Shown piece by piece: positions 12,767 through 22,311 of a stretch of DNA of 64,000 bases; position 1 is the stretch's first letter; every line of letters starts with the position of its first letter. The DNA lies in NCBI GenBank assembly GCA_963803025.1, contig CAWDKZ010000022.1, positions 11,917 to 75,916 on the forward strand, written 5' to 3'. The translations under genes and the position numbers were made by a program. The stretch is from an uncultured Acidimicrobiaceae bacterium (lineage in GTDB: Bacteria > Actinomycetota > Acidimicrobiia > Acidimicrobiales > Bog-793). The notes below the pieces were generated by a model. The model was not told the DNA's origin, ran no database searches, and was given only the letters and a program-made list of their open reading frames with translations.

Positions 12767-13510
12767 ATGAAGGGCGTCCTGCTCGCCGGGGGTACCGGCA
12801 GCCGGCTCGACCCGCTCACGAGGATCACGAACAAGCACCTGCTCCCCGTGTACGACCGGCCGATGATCTCCTACGCCGTCGAGGCGCTCGTCAAGGCCGG
12901 GATCGACGAGATCATGGTCGTGACCGGTGGCACCCACGCCGGCGAGTTCCTGCGGCTGCTGTCGAACGGCGAGGAGCACGGGGTGCGACGGCTCACCTAC
13001 GCCTACCAGGACCGCCCCGGCGGCATCGCCGAAGCCCTCGGGCTCGCCGAGCGCTTCGTCGGCGACGAGCGCGTGCTCGTCATGCTCGCCGACAACGTGT
13101 TTGGACGGACGATCCGGCCGACCGTCGCGCGCTTCGCCGACCAGGAGAAGGGTGCCCGCATCGTGCTCGCCCGCGTCACCGAGCCGGAGCACCTCCGCCA
13201 CCTCGGCGTGCCCGAGCTCGACGGCGAGGGACGCGTCGTGCGCATCGTCGAGAAGCCCGCGGTGCCACCGAGCGAGTACTGCGTGACCGGCGTCTACTGC
13301 TACGAGCCGTCGGTCTTCGCGGTGATCACGACCCTCGTCCCCTCGTCCCGGGGGGAGCTCGAGATCACCGACGTGAACAACCACTACGTCGCGGCCGGCG
13401 AGATGTCCTACGACGTCTGCGAGGGCTTCTGGGGGGACGCGGGGGAGTCGATCGACGCCTACTACAGCGTCGTCGACGAGGTCCGGCGCAACGGGGCGAA
13501 CCTCGGCTGA
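12767..13510 (+). CDS. sugar-phosphate nucleotidyltransferase (glucose-1-phosphate thymidylyltransferase-like, short form)
   Basis: MKGVLLAGGTGSRLDPLTRITNKHLLPVYDRPMI is the canonical G-x-G-T-R-L nucleotidyltransferase N-terminus. The start is ATG 12767, inside the longer track ORF. Confidence 0.85.
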   Translation: MKGVLLAGGTGSRLDPLTRITNKHLLPVYDRPMISYAVEALVKAGIDEIMVVTGGTHAGEFLRLLSNGEEHGVRRLTYAYQDRPGGIAEALGLAERFVGDERVLVMLADNVFGRTIRPTVARFADQEKGARIVLARVTEPEHLRHLGVPELDGEGRVVRIVEKPAVPPSEYCVTGVYCYEPSVFAVITTLVPSSRGELEITDVNNHYVAAGEMSYDVCEGFWGDAGESIDAYYSVVDEVRRNGANLG

Positions 13511-13528
13511 CGCGACGGCCGAGCTCGC

Positions 13529-14776
13529 CTAGGCCGAGTCCGGGTCGGCGAAGGCTCCCGGTGATCGCCGCACGAGGGCGGCCCACTCCCGCGGGTGCGC
13601 GGCGATCGCTCGTGGGTAGTCCCCGAAGAGCCAGCGCGCGACGTTGCGCCGGAGGAGGTCGCTGCCGTCGACGACGCGCAGCGCGCCCCGGGCGCCGAGG
13701 GGCGTCGCGAAGAGCCCGCGGCACCAGCGGGAGACCCGGTGGTCCCGGCCGAGCGACCGGCGGACACCCTCGGCGTAGCGCGCGGCGGCGGTGTCGGGCG
13801 AGGTCGGCGTCCCGGCGATCGCCCGGGCCGCGAGGGTGCCGCTCGCCAGGGCCTGCTCGACGCCTTCGCCGGTGAACGGATCAGCGGCGCCCGCCGCGTC
13901 GCCGACGAAGAGCACCCGGCCACCGAGGCGGCTGAGCGCGGCGCGGTCGATGCCCGCCGGGATCGGCCAGGCCCGGGCCGGGTCGGCGAGGAGCGCGTCC
14001 GGGCCGACGAGGGACGTGACGAAGGGGCTGGCGAGCGCCGCCGCCCACAGCGACGCGAGCGCCGAACCGGCGCGACGTGGCACGCAGATGCCGATGTTCA
14101 CCGTGCCGTCCGCCAGCGGGAACGACCAGGCATATCCCGGCAGGAGACCGGCTTGGAACCAGACCCAGAGACGTTCGGCCGCGGCAGGGCGCGCGCCGGT
14201 GGCGTAGGCGCGAAAGGCGATCCACGGCGGCTGCCGGACGTCCGGGTTGTCGGGTCGGGGTGATGGGCCGTCCGCGATCAGCATCCGGCGAATCGGCGAC
14301 CAGGCCCCGTCGGCGGCGACGACGAAGGGAGCTCGCGCTCCACCGCCGTCCTCGAAGGCAACGCCCACGGTCCCGTCCGGCGCGGCGGTGACGCCGACGC
14401 AGCGTGTCTCCTCGAGGACCTTGGCGCCGCTGCGCCGGGCGAGGGCGACGAGCGCGGCGTCGAGGTCCCTGCGCCGGGCGACGGCGGCGAACACGCCGGG
14501 CCCGTGCGCGAGGGGCAGCAGGACGGTCCGCCCCGACGGCGAACGGACGGCGAGCTCTCTGGCGGGCCGGAACGAGGCAACGTCGCCGGGATCGAGGCCG
14601 AGCGCGTCGAGGCGTCGCACCGCCGCGGTCGTCAGTCCGTCGCCACAGCACTTGTCGCGGGGGAACCGCGCCCGATCGACGAGCAGCACCCGCGCCCCAG
14701 TTCGCGCCAGCGTGATCGCCGTGGCACAGCCGGCGGGGCCCGCGCCGACGATCGCGACGTCGACCTCGCCGCTCAC
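13529..14776 (-). CDS. FAD-dependent oxidoreductase, geranylgeranyl reductase family
   Basis: GTG 14776 gives VSGEVDVAIVGAGPAGCATAITLARTGARVLLVDRARFPRDKCCGDGLT. The 815-aa track ORF is read-through upstream of this start. Confidence 0.85.
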   Translation of the reverse strand: MSGEVDVAIVGAGPAGCATAITLARTGARVLLVDRARFPRDKCCGDGLTTAAVRRLDALGLDPGDVASFRPARELAVRSPSGRTVLLPLAHGPGVFAAVARRRDLDAALVALARRSGAKVLEETRCVGVTAAPDGTVGVAFEDGGGARAPFVVAADGAWSPIRRMLIADGPSPRPDNPDVRQPPWIAFRAYATGARPAAAERLWVWFQAGLLPGYAWSFPLADGTVNIGICVPRRAGSALASLWAAALASPFVTSLVGPDALLADPARAWPIPAGIDRAALSRLGGRVLFVGDAAGAADPFTGEGVEQALASGTLAARAIAGTPTSPDTAAARYAEGVRRSLGRDHRVSRWCRGLFATPLGARGALRVVDGSDLLRRNVARWLFGDYPRAIAAHPREWAALVRRSPGAFADPDSA

Positions 14777-15726
14777 GGCGAGGAGTCGTCCCCGGGGTCG
14801 AGGGCCGGCGGGCGGGGCGCGGCCAACGCCGCGGCGAGCGCCCCGTCGAGCCGGGGGTAGGCGAAGGAGAAACCCGTGTCGACGAGCTTGCGTGGCAGCA
14901 CGCGCTGGCTCGCGAGCGTGATTTCCTCGACCACCTCGCGACCCAGCGCGGCGTCGAGCACGAAACGCGGGATGCCGTAGAGCGAGCGACGGCGGACCGC
15001 CCGGGCGAACGCCTCGGCGAACTCGGCGTTGCGCGCGGGGTTCGGCGCGGTGAGGTTGCAGGGGCCGTCGACCGCCGGGGTCAACGCGGTGTGGATGATC
15101 GCCGCGACCTCGTCGTCGAGCGCGATCCAGCTCATCCACTGCCGGCCCGACCCGAGGTGGGGCCCGAGACCGGCGCGGAAGATCGGCAGCTGCATTTCGA
15201 TCAGCGGATTGGCGCGGGCGAGCACGATTCCCGTGCGGATGTTGACGACGCGGATGCCCGCGTCCCGGGCGGGCGCGGCGGCCGCCTCCCAGGCGCGGCA
15301 GAGTTCGGCGAGGAACCCGGATCCCGGGAGGCTCGTCTCGTCGAGCTCCTCGTCGTCGCGGGACCCGTAGTAACCGACCGCGGACGCCGACACGAAGACC
15401 GTGGGTGGCGTGTCGGCCGCGGCGATCGCCCGCGCGAGGAGATCGGTCGTGACGACGCGGCTGGCGCGCACGCTCTCCCGTTTGGCCCGACCCCAACGCA
15501 CCGGGGTGAGCCGCGCGCCGGAGAGGTGGAAGACCGCGTCGATCCGGTCGAGGTCCCCGCCCGGCAGCCCGGAAAGATCGAGGCGGCGTCCGGCGAGATC
15601 GAACGCCGCCTCCCCCGGCGCCGGTGCGCCCCGCACGAGGCGGTGGACCGAGTGCCCGTCGCTCGCGAGCCGGGCGACGAGGGCGCGTCCGATGAGGCCC
15701 CCTGAGCCACTGACGAGCATGCGCAT
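14773..15726 (-). CDS. NAD-dependent epimerase/dehydratase with a DUF1731 C-terminus (TIGR01777/YfcH-like)
   Basis: The product starts MRMLVSGSGGLIGRALVARLASDGHSV (Rossmann GxxGxxG) and is 317 aa. Its stop overlaps the downstream GTG start (GTGA). Confidence 0.85.
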   Translation of the reverse strand: MRMLVSGSGGLIGRALVARLASDGHSVHRLVRGAPAPGEAAFDLAGRRLDLSGLPGGDLDRIDAVFHLSGARLTPVRWGRAKRESVRASRVVTTDLLARAIAAADTPPTVFVSASAVGYYGSRDDEELDETSLPGSGFLAELCRAWEAAAAPARDAGIRVVNIRTGIVLARANPLIEMQLPIFRAGLGPHLGSGRQWMSWIALDDEVAAIIHTALTPAVDGPCNLTAPNPARNAEFAEAFARAVRRRSLYGIPRFVLDAALGREVVEEITLASQRVLPRKLVDTGFSFAYPRLDGALAAALAAPRPPALDPGDDSSP

Positions 15727-15913
15727 GAAAGACCCGTCCTTCGCCGGTGAGCCTAACGGGGACGCGCGCGGGGAATCGGCAACGCGAGGGACCACGAGCG
15801 CACGAATTCCCTCTCTTCGGCGGCGGTTCGGTCGGGATGCCCGGGATCGACCGGCACGGATCCGGGTGACGCCCGGTCGTAACCAAGAATCCGTGGGCCT
15901 CTCCACCGTTAAC

Positions 15914-18900
15914 ATGACGAGGGTGACGGTTGAGACCGGCCGAGGTCCCGCCGGCGCGGACGCTGAGCGGGCGCACTCGGATTCGCTCGGGATCAACGCC
16001 TGGCTCGTCGAGGAGATGTACCAGGCGTACCGGTCGAACCCGCTCTCGGTCGGGGACACCTGGCGCGACTTCTTCGCCGAATACCGGGGCCGCATCCCAC
16101 CAGACGTTCCCGCCGGCCCGGGCCGGGAGTCGTCCGGCGGCGTCGGTGGGGCGACGATCGACACGACGCTGCTCGCAACGAGCGCCCCGGCCGCCCCGGC
16201 GCCGCCCGCGGTGGGATCAGGCCCGGGACGCCGGTCGTCGCCGCCCTCCGGGGCACCCCCGCACGAGGACCCCGTCACGCTCCTGCGGGGCGCGCGCGGC
16301 CGGATCGCCGAGAACATGGTGGCGAGCCTCGCGGTGCCGACGGCGACGAGCGTGCGCCCGATCCCGGCGCAGGTGCTCGAGGCGAATCGCTCGCTCCTCA
16401 ACAAGATGCTGCGGGAGGCGGCGGGTCCCAAGGTGAGCTTCACCCACCTCATCGGGTGGGCGGTCGTGCGTGCCGTCGGCGCGGTCCCGGCGCTGAACGC
16501 GAGCTACGTCGAAGACGCCGACGGGATGGGCACGCCCGGGGTCGTCCGCCGCCCGCACGTCGGTCTCGGCCTCGCCGTCGACCTCGAGCGTCCCGACGGG
16601 TCGCGCACGCTCGTCGTCCCGGTGATCAAGGACGCGGACACCTTGGACTTCGCCGGCTTCGTCGACGCCTACGAGGAGCTCGTCGGCCGGGCGCGGGCCG
16701 GCAAGCTCGTCGTCGAGGACTTCGCCGGCGGAACGGTGACGATCACGAACCCCGGCACGCTCGGCACGACCCAGTCGATGCCGCGGCTGATGCGCGGCCA
16801 GGGTGCCATCGTCGGCATCGGCGCTCTCGACTACCCGGTCGAGTTCCAGACCAGCCCGCCAGAGACCCTGCGCGCCCTCGGCATCGGCAAGATCGTGACG
16901 CTGACGTCGACCTACGACCACCGGATCATCCAGGGGGCGGAGTCCGGCCTGTTCCTGAAGCGCGTCCGCGAACTCCTCGTCGGCGAGCACGACTTCTACG
17001 ACGAGGTGTTCTCCTCCCTCGGGGTCGCGGGCGAACCGCTCCGTTGGCCGAAGGGCCGTCCGACGGCCGAACCAGACGGCGACGAGCTGAAAAAGGAGCT
17101 GATGGTCCGGTCGCTCATCAACATGTACCGGGTGCGCGGCCACCTCATCGCGCGGCTCGACCCGCTCGAGACCGAACCACGCCAGATGCGCGCCGACCTC
17201 GACCCCGAGCAGTACGGGGTCGGGCCGGACGATCTCGACCGCGCCTTCCACACCTTCGGCCTGCCGGGGGGCGAGATCCTCTCCCTGGCGGAGATCCTCG
17301 AGATCCTGCGCGACGCCTACTGCGACTCGGTCGGCGTGGAGTACATGCACATCCAGAGTCCAGAGGAGAAGCTCTGGATCCAGCACCACGTCGAGGGGGT
17401 TTCCAAGGCGATGACGCCAGAGGTGAAGCGGCACATCCTCAGCCGGCTGAACGCCGCCGAGGCCTTCGAGACCTTCCTCCACCTGCGCTACGTGGGGCAG
17501 AAGCGATTCGGCCTCGAGGGCGCCGAGTCGGCGATCCCGTTCCTCGACGCCGTGCTCGACGCCGCAGCCCACGCCGGGATCGCCGAGGTCGTCCTCGGGA
17601 TGGCGCACCGCGGACGGCTGAACGTGCTCGCCAACATCATCGGCAAGTCCTACGGCGAGATCTTCGGCGAATTCGAAGGGAATCTCGACCCCGAGACCGT
17701 GCAGGGGTCGGGCGACGTGAAGTACCACAAGGGCGCCGTGGGCCGCTGGCGCGGTCGCGACGGCACCTCGCTGCGCGTCTCGCTCGCGTCGAACCCTTCG
17801 CACCTCGAGGCAGTCGACCCCGTCGTCGAGGGGATCGTGCGCGCCAAGCAGGATCGGGAGCCCAATCCGAAGGCCTTCTCCGTCCTGCCGCTGCTCGTCC
17901 ACGGCGACGCCGCGTTCGCTGGGCAGGGCGTCGTCGCCGAGACGCTCAACCTGTCGATGTTGAAGGGTTACCGCACCGGCGGGACGGTCCACCTCGTCAT
18001 CAACAACCAGCTCGGCTTCACGACACCCCCGACCGAGGCACGTTCGTCGGTGTACCCGACCGACGTCGCCAAGATGGTCCAGTCGCCGATCTTCCACGTG
18101 AACGGGGACGACCCCGAGGCGTGCGTGCGCGTCGCCCGACTCGCCCTCGCGTATCGCCAGACGTTCCACAAGGACGTCGTCGTCGACCTCGTCTGCTACC
18201 GGCGGCACGGCCACAACGAGGGCGACGACCCGAGCTACACCCAGCCGCTCATGTACCAGAAGATCGACGACCACCGTTCGGTGCGCACGCTGTACACCGA
18301 GGCGCTCGTCGCCCGCGGCGACATCACGGACGCCGAGGCCGAACAGGTCGGCGCCGATTTCCACGGCCGTCTGCAGTCGGCGCTCGACGAGACGCGTTCG
18401 GCGGCACCACCGCGAGTCGACCGGCTCCCCGAGCGGAAGGCGCCGCGAGTCGGCCGGCTCCCGCGCGCGACCGGCGTCGACGCGGCCCTGCTCGGAGCCG
18501 TCGTAAGACGCCTCGGGGTCATGCCGGCGGGATTCACCGTCCACCCGAAGCTCGCCCGCCAGCTCGACCAGCGCGGCGCCCTCTGGGGGGCGGGCGAGGT
18601 CGACTGGTCCCTCGCCGAGGCGCTCGCCTTCGCCAGCCTGTTGCTCGAAGGGACCGAGGTTCGTGTCACGGGCCAGGACACGCGGCGGGGCACGTTCTCC
18701 CAGCGCCACGCCGTCCTCGTCGACTACCTGACCGGCGCCGAGTTCACGCCCCTGGACTCGCTCGGCGAGTCGGTCGGCGGTGACCCGCCGCTTCCCGGCG
18801 GCGGGAGCGGGAGCTTCTTCATCCGGGACTCGTTGCTCTCGGAGTACGCGGTGCTCGGTTTCGAGTACGGCTACTCGGTCGAGGCGGCCGACGCGTTCGT

Positions 18901-19699
18901 CGCCTGGGAGGCGCAGTTCGGCGACTTCGCCAACGGCGCGCAGGTGGTGATCGACAACTTCATCGTCGCGGCGGAGGAGAAGTGGGGCCAGTCCTCCGGC
19001 ATCGTGCTCCTGCTGCCCCACGGCTACGAGGGCCAGGGCCCCGAGCACTCCTCCGCCCGCCTCGAGCGGTTCCTTACGCTCGCCGCTAGCCAGAACATCA
19101 CGGTCGCCCAGCCGACGACGGCCGCGCAGTACTTCCATCTCCTGCGCGCCCAGGCGAAACGCCTGGTGCGACGGCCGCTCGTCGTGATGACGCCGAAGTC
19201 GCTGCTGCGGGCGCGGTTTTCGCGCTCGCCGATCGCGGCGCTGACCGCGGGCAGCTTCACCGAGGTGCTCGACGACCCGGCGCGGGGAGCCTCGCTCGAG
19301 CCGCACATGGTGAGCCGGGTCGTCTGCTGTTCGGGCGAGATCGCCCGAGACGCGCTGGCGCGGCGCGACGCGCTCGTCGCTGCCGGGGTGACGGACCCGC
19401 TCAGCGCGGTGATCCGCCTCGAGCAGCTCTACCCCTGGCCGGAGGCGCAGCTCGTCGACGTGCTCGACCGCTATCCGGCCGCGGTCGAACTCGTCTGGTT
19501 GCAGGACGAGCCGGAGAACATGGGCGCGTGGAACTTCGTCCACGGACGGATCCACCGGCTGTTCCGCGACCGTTACCGTCTGCGCCACGTCAGCCGACCG
19601 CCGTCGGGGAGCCCCGCGACGGGGTCGCACGCCATCCACGAGCTCGAACGGCAGAGCCTGCTCGACGCGGCCGTCGGCGGGCTGCCGGGCGCATCCTGA
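15914..19699 (+). CDS. kgd: multifunctional 2-oxoglutarate dehydrogenase/decarboxylase, E1o fused to an E2o-like acyltransferase domain (Kgd/OdhA type)
   Basis: ATG 15914 gives MTRVTVETGRG...INAWLVEEMYQAYRSNPLSV. The E2 catalytic motif STYDHRIIQGAESGLFL precedes the ThDP-dependent E1 body (FGLEGAES, LVHGDAAFAGQGVV). Confidence 0.93.
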   Translation: MTRVTVETGRGPAGADAERAHSDSLGINAWLVEEMYQAYRSNPLSVGDTWRDFFAEYRGRIPPDVPAGPGRESSGGVGGATIDTTLLATSAPAAPAPPAVGSGPGRRSSPPSGAPPHEDPVTLLRGARGRIAENMVASLAVPTATSVRPIPAQVLEANRSLLNKMLREAAGPKVSFTHLIGWAVVRAVGAVPALNASYVEDADGMGTPGVVRRPHVGLGLAVDLERPDGSRTLVVPVIKDADTLDFAGFVDAYEELVGRARAGKLVVEDFAGGTVTITNPGTLGTTQSMPRLMRGQGAIVGIGALDYPVEFQTSPPETLRALGIGKIVTLTSTYDHRIIQGAESGLFLKRVRELLVGEHDFYDEVFSSLGVAGEPLRWPKGRPTAEPDGDELKKELMVRSLINMYRVRGHLIARLDPLETEPRQMRADLDPEQYGVGPDDLDRAFHTFGLPGGEILSLAEILEILRDAYCDSVGVEYMHIQSPEEKLWIQHHVEGVSKAMTPEVKRHILSRLNAAEAFETFLHLRYVGQKRFGLEGAESAIPFLDAVLDAAAHAGIAEVVLGMAHRGRLNVLANIIGKSYGEIFGEFEGNLDPETVQGSGDVKYHKGAVGRWRGRDGTSLRVSLASNPSHLEAVDPVVEGIVRAKQDREPNPKAFSVLPLLVHGDAAFAGQGVVAETLNLSMLKGYRTGGTVHLVINNQLGFTTPPTEARSSVYPTDVAKMVQSPIFHVNGDDPEACVRVARLALAYRQTFHKDVVVDLVCYRRHGHNEGDDPSYTQPLMYQKIDDHRSVRTLYTEALVARGDITDAEAEQVGADFHGRLQSALDETRSAAPPRVDRLPERKAPRVGRLPRATGVDAALLGAVVRRLGVMPAGFTVHPKLARQLDQRGALWGAGEVDWSLAEALAFASLLLEGTEVRVTGQDTRRGTFSQRHAVLVDYLTGAEFTPLDSLGESVGGDPPLPGGGSGSFFIRDSLLSEYAVLGFEYGYSVEAADAFVAWEAQFGDFANGAQVVIDNFIVAAEEKWGQSSGIVLLLPHGYEGQGPEHSSARLERFLTLAASQNITVAQPTTAAQYFHLLRAQAKRLVRRPLVVMTPKSLLRARFSRSPIAALTAGSFTEVLDDPARGASLEPHMVSRVVCCSGEIARDALARRDALVAAGVTDPLSAVIRLEQLYPWPEAQLVDVLDRYPAAVELVWLQDEPENMGAWNFVHGRIHRLFRDRYRLRHVSRPPSGSPATGSHAIHELERQSLLDAAVGGLPGAS

Positions 19700-19776
19700 C
19701 GACCCGCCCGGCACCCGGCGCGGTCGCACCGACGGGGCTGCGCGCCGGTGCGGTCGCGTCGTGGTTGACTGGCGAC

Positions 19777-21015
19777 GTGGATTCCCGCCACGTCGTCGTC
19801 GACGGCTCGAATCTCGCGACCGAGGGGCGGACAACGCCGAGTCTCGCCCAGCTCGAGGAGGCGGTCGCCGAGATGCGGCGCGAGCTCGGCGAGGCGGAGG
19901 TGACGGTCGTCGTCGACGCGTCGTTCGCACATCGGATCGAGGAAGCCGAACGCCCGCGCTTCGAGGAGCTCGCCCGGCGCGGCGAGCTCGTCTCGCCGCC
20001 GGCGGGCGCCGTCGGCCGGGGTGACGCCTTCCTGCTGCGCATCGCCGAGAAGGTGAACGGTGTCGTGCTCTCGAACGACTCGTTCCAGGAGTTCCATGGC
20101 GAGCACCCGTGGCTGTTCGCGCAGGGCCGGCTTCTCGGCGCGACGAAGGTGCCCGGCGTGGGCTGGATCTTCGTTGCCCGCAACCCCGTGCGTGGCCCGC
20201 GCAGCCAGGTCGCGGTGCGGGAGGCGGCGCGGGCGAAGAAGCAGGTCGCCAAGGCAATCGCCGTGGCGACGAAAGAGGTTGTCAAGCCGGCGCCGCTACC
20301 CCGCGCCGGGGCGAAGGCGCCACCGGCGGGCAAGGCCGCCGCGCCCCGAGCCGTGAACGATCCGATGACCTTCATCTCGTTCATCGCCGAGCACCCGCTC
20401 GGTGGCGAGATCGAAGCCGAGGTCGAGACGTTCTCCTCCCACGGCGCCGTCGTCCACTCCGGCGGGCTGCGCGCCTACGTGCCCCTCTCGGGGCTCGGCG
20501 AGCCGGCGCCGCGCAGCGCGCGCGCCGTCCTCCACAAAGGGGAGACACGCCGCTTCGTCGTCACCGCGCTCGACCCGTATCGGCGCGGGGTCGAGCTCGC
20601 GCTCCCCGGCGTGGGCGTCGTGTCGGGACATCCGAGCGAAGAGACCGTTGCCGCGGTCGTGAAGATGGCGAGGACCGGCGCCGCCAAGTCCGCCGTGCCG
20701 ACTCGTGCGGCGGCGACCCGCCGCGCCGCCAAGACCCCCGCAGACAAGGCCACGAAGAAGGCGCCTCCCCGGTCGCCGGCACCGCGCCCGGCCCGGGGCC
20801 GGGCCGCGGTGACGAGCCCGGCGCCGGTGAAGGCGCCACGGCCCGCACCACCGAAGATGGCGGCGGCGCTCCCGGTTGTCGCGACGGGACCGCGGCGCTC
20901 CCCCCGGGCGAGGAGACGCGTCGCCGCACCGCCTCCGGACGGGCGCGGTGCCGCGAGGCCGCGAAAGCTCGACGCCGACCAGGCCGCGGCGCCGCCACGG
21001 AAGAGGACCCGTTGA
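19777..21015 (+). CDS. NYN (Zc3h12a-like) ribonuclease domain plus S1 RNA-binding domain protein with Ala/Pro/Lys/Arg-rich linker and tail
   Basis: RHVVVDGSNLATEG...GDAFLLRIAEKVNGVVLSNDSFQEF matches the Zc3h12a/NYN pattern. The later EIEAEVETFSSHGAVVHSGGLRAYVPLSGL...GETRRFVVTALDPYRRGVELAL is S1-like. The start is uncertain (GTG 19777 or TTG 19765). Confidence 0.75.
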   Translation: MDSRHVVVDGSNLATEGRTTPSLAQLEEAVAEMRRELGEAEVTVVVDASFAHRIEEAERPRFEELARRGELVSPPAGAVGRGDAFLLRIAEKVNGVVLSNDSFQEFHGEHPWLFAQGRLLGATKVPGVGWIFVARNPVRGPRSQVAVREAARAKKQVAKAIAVATKEVVKPAPLPRAGAKAPPAGKAAAPRAVNDPMTFISFIAEHPLGGEIEAEVETFSSHGAVVHSGGLRAYVPLSGLGEPAPRSARAVLHKGETRRFVVTALDPYRRGVELALPGVGVVSGHPSEETVAAVVKMARTGAAKSAVPTRAAATRRAAKTPADKATKKAPPRSPAPRPARGRAAVTSPAPVKAPRPAPPKMAAALPVVATGPRRSPRARRRVAAPPPDGRGAARPRKLDADQAAAPPRKRTR

Positions 21016-21049
21016 TGGCGCGCCCACCGGCGCGAGGTCCGGAGTGTCG

Positions 21050-21472
21050 ATGACCTGGCGGGTCGAGGAGCTGCTCCCGCACCGCGCGCCGTTTCTTTTC
21101 GTGTCGGCGATCGACGAGTTGGTGCCCGGAGCGCGCGCCAAGGGACGCTGGGTGCTCCGCGGTGACGAGCCCTTCTTCGCCGGGCATTTTCCGGGACGTC
21201 CGACGGTGCCGGGCGTGTTGCTCGTTGAATCGCTCGCGCAGCTCGGCGCGGCGGCGGTGCTCGCCGACGCTCGGTTCGCCGGCAGGTTGCCTCTGTTCGG
21301 CGGCATCGACAAGGCCCGCTTCCGCCGTCAGGTGGTGCCCGGTGACGTGTTGGACCTCGAGGTGACGCTCGGGCGGCTTTCGGCCCGGGCTGGCACCGGA
21401 CAGGGTGTCGCGTCGGTCGGGGGCCAGCTCGCCTGCGCGACCGGGCTGTTCTTCGTGTTCGCCGAGACGTGA
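21050..21472 (+). CDS. 3-hydroxyacyl-ACP dehydratase, FabZ-like hotdog protein
   Basis: LPHRAPFLFVSAIDELVPG...FFAGHFPGRPTVPGVLLVESLAQLG is the FabZ/FabA active-site region. The start is ATG 21050. Confidence 0.85.
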   Translation: MTWRVEELLPHRAPFLFVSAIDELVPGARAKGRWVLRGDEPFFAGHFPGRPTVPGVLLVESLAQLGAAAVLADARFAGRLPLFGGIDKARFRRQVVPGDVLDLEVTLGRLSARAGTGQGVASVGGQLACATGLFFVFAET

Positions 21473-21480
21473 GACCCGCG

Positions 21481-22311
21481 ATGCGCCTCGTCACCTGGAA
21501 CGTGAACTCGCTGAAGGCCCGCTTGCCCCGCGTCGAGGCATGGATCGGCAGCCACGCGCCCGACGTGCTGCTGCTCCAGGAGACGAAGTGCACCGACGAC
21601 GCCTTCCCCGCGGAGGCGTTTGCGCAGCTCGGCTACGAGTCCGCCCACCACGGCGACGGCCGGTGGAACGGTGTCGCGATCGTCTCGCGCGTCGGGCTCG
21701 CAGACGTTCGCATCGGGTTCCGCGAGCGATCCTCACCTATCTCGGACGAGTGCCGGATCCTGGCGGCCAACTGCGGTGGGGTGAGGTTTTGCTCGGTCTA
21801 CGTGCCGAACGGCCGCGTCGTCGATTCCGAGTTCTACGCCGCCAAGCTGGAGTGGCTGGCGAACCTGCGCCACGAGCTCGACACGACGTGTCTCCCGACC
21901 GAGGCCGTCGCGGTCGGCGGCGACTTCAACGTCGCGCCCGAGGACCGCGACGTCTGGGACATCACGCAGTTCGCAGGCTTGACCCACGTGACGCGAGCGG
22001 AACGCGACGCGCTGCGCGCCGTGATGGACTTCGGCCTCGAGGACGTCGTTCGCCGGCTGCACCCCGACGACGCGGGGCCCTTCTCGTGGTGGGACTACCG
22101 CGGTGGGGCCTTCCACAAGGGCAAGGGCATGCGGATCGACCTCGTGCTCGTCTCAGCCCCGCTCGCCGCCCGCGTTACCGCCGCCTTCGTCGACCGCGAG
22201 GCGCGCAAGGGTCAGGGGAGCGAGCTTCAGCCGTCAGACCACGCTCCCGTCGTCGTCGACGTGATGTCCGAGGGGAGGCGCGGACAGGCGGTGGCCGAAG
22301 GGGAGGGGTGA
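21481..22311 (+). CDS. xthA: exodeoxyribonuclease III
   Basis: It contains MRLVTWNVNSLKARLPRVEAWIGSHAPDVLLLQETK and the C-terminal SDHAPVVVD. An alternative GTG start at 21469 would overlap the FabZ-like stop. Confidence 0.92.
   Translation: MRLVTWNVNSLKARLPRVEAWIGSHAPDVLLLQETKCTDDAFPAEAFAQLGYESAHHGDGRWNGVAIVSRVGLADVRIGFRERSSPISDECRILAANCGGVRFCSVYVPNGRVVDSEFYAAKLEWLANLRHELDTTCLPTEAVAVGGDFNVAPEDRDVWDITQFAGLTHVTRAERDALRAVMDFGLEDVVRRLHPDDAGPFSWWDYRGGAFHKGKGMRIDLVLVSAPLAARVTAAFVDREARKGQGSELQPSDHAPVVVDVMSEGRRGQAVAEGEG

Noticed and set aside
13529-15976. 815-aa ORF reported as a single protein
   Set aside because: Only the C-terminal 415 aa (from GTG 14776) look like a geranylgeranyl reductase. 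The upstream 400 aa are Arg/Pro-rich read-through in a frame overlapping the real epimerase gene.
16217-20257. 1346-aa minus-strand ORF
   Set aside because: It lies antisense to kgd and the NYN-S1 gene. It is extremely Arg/Pro-rich with no recognisable domain, so it is a shadow ORF.
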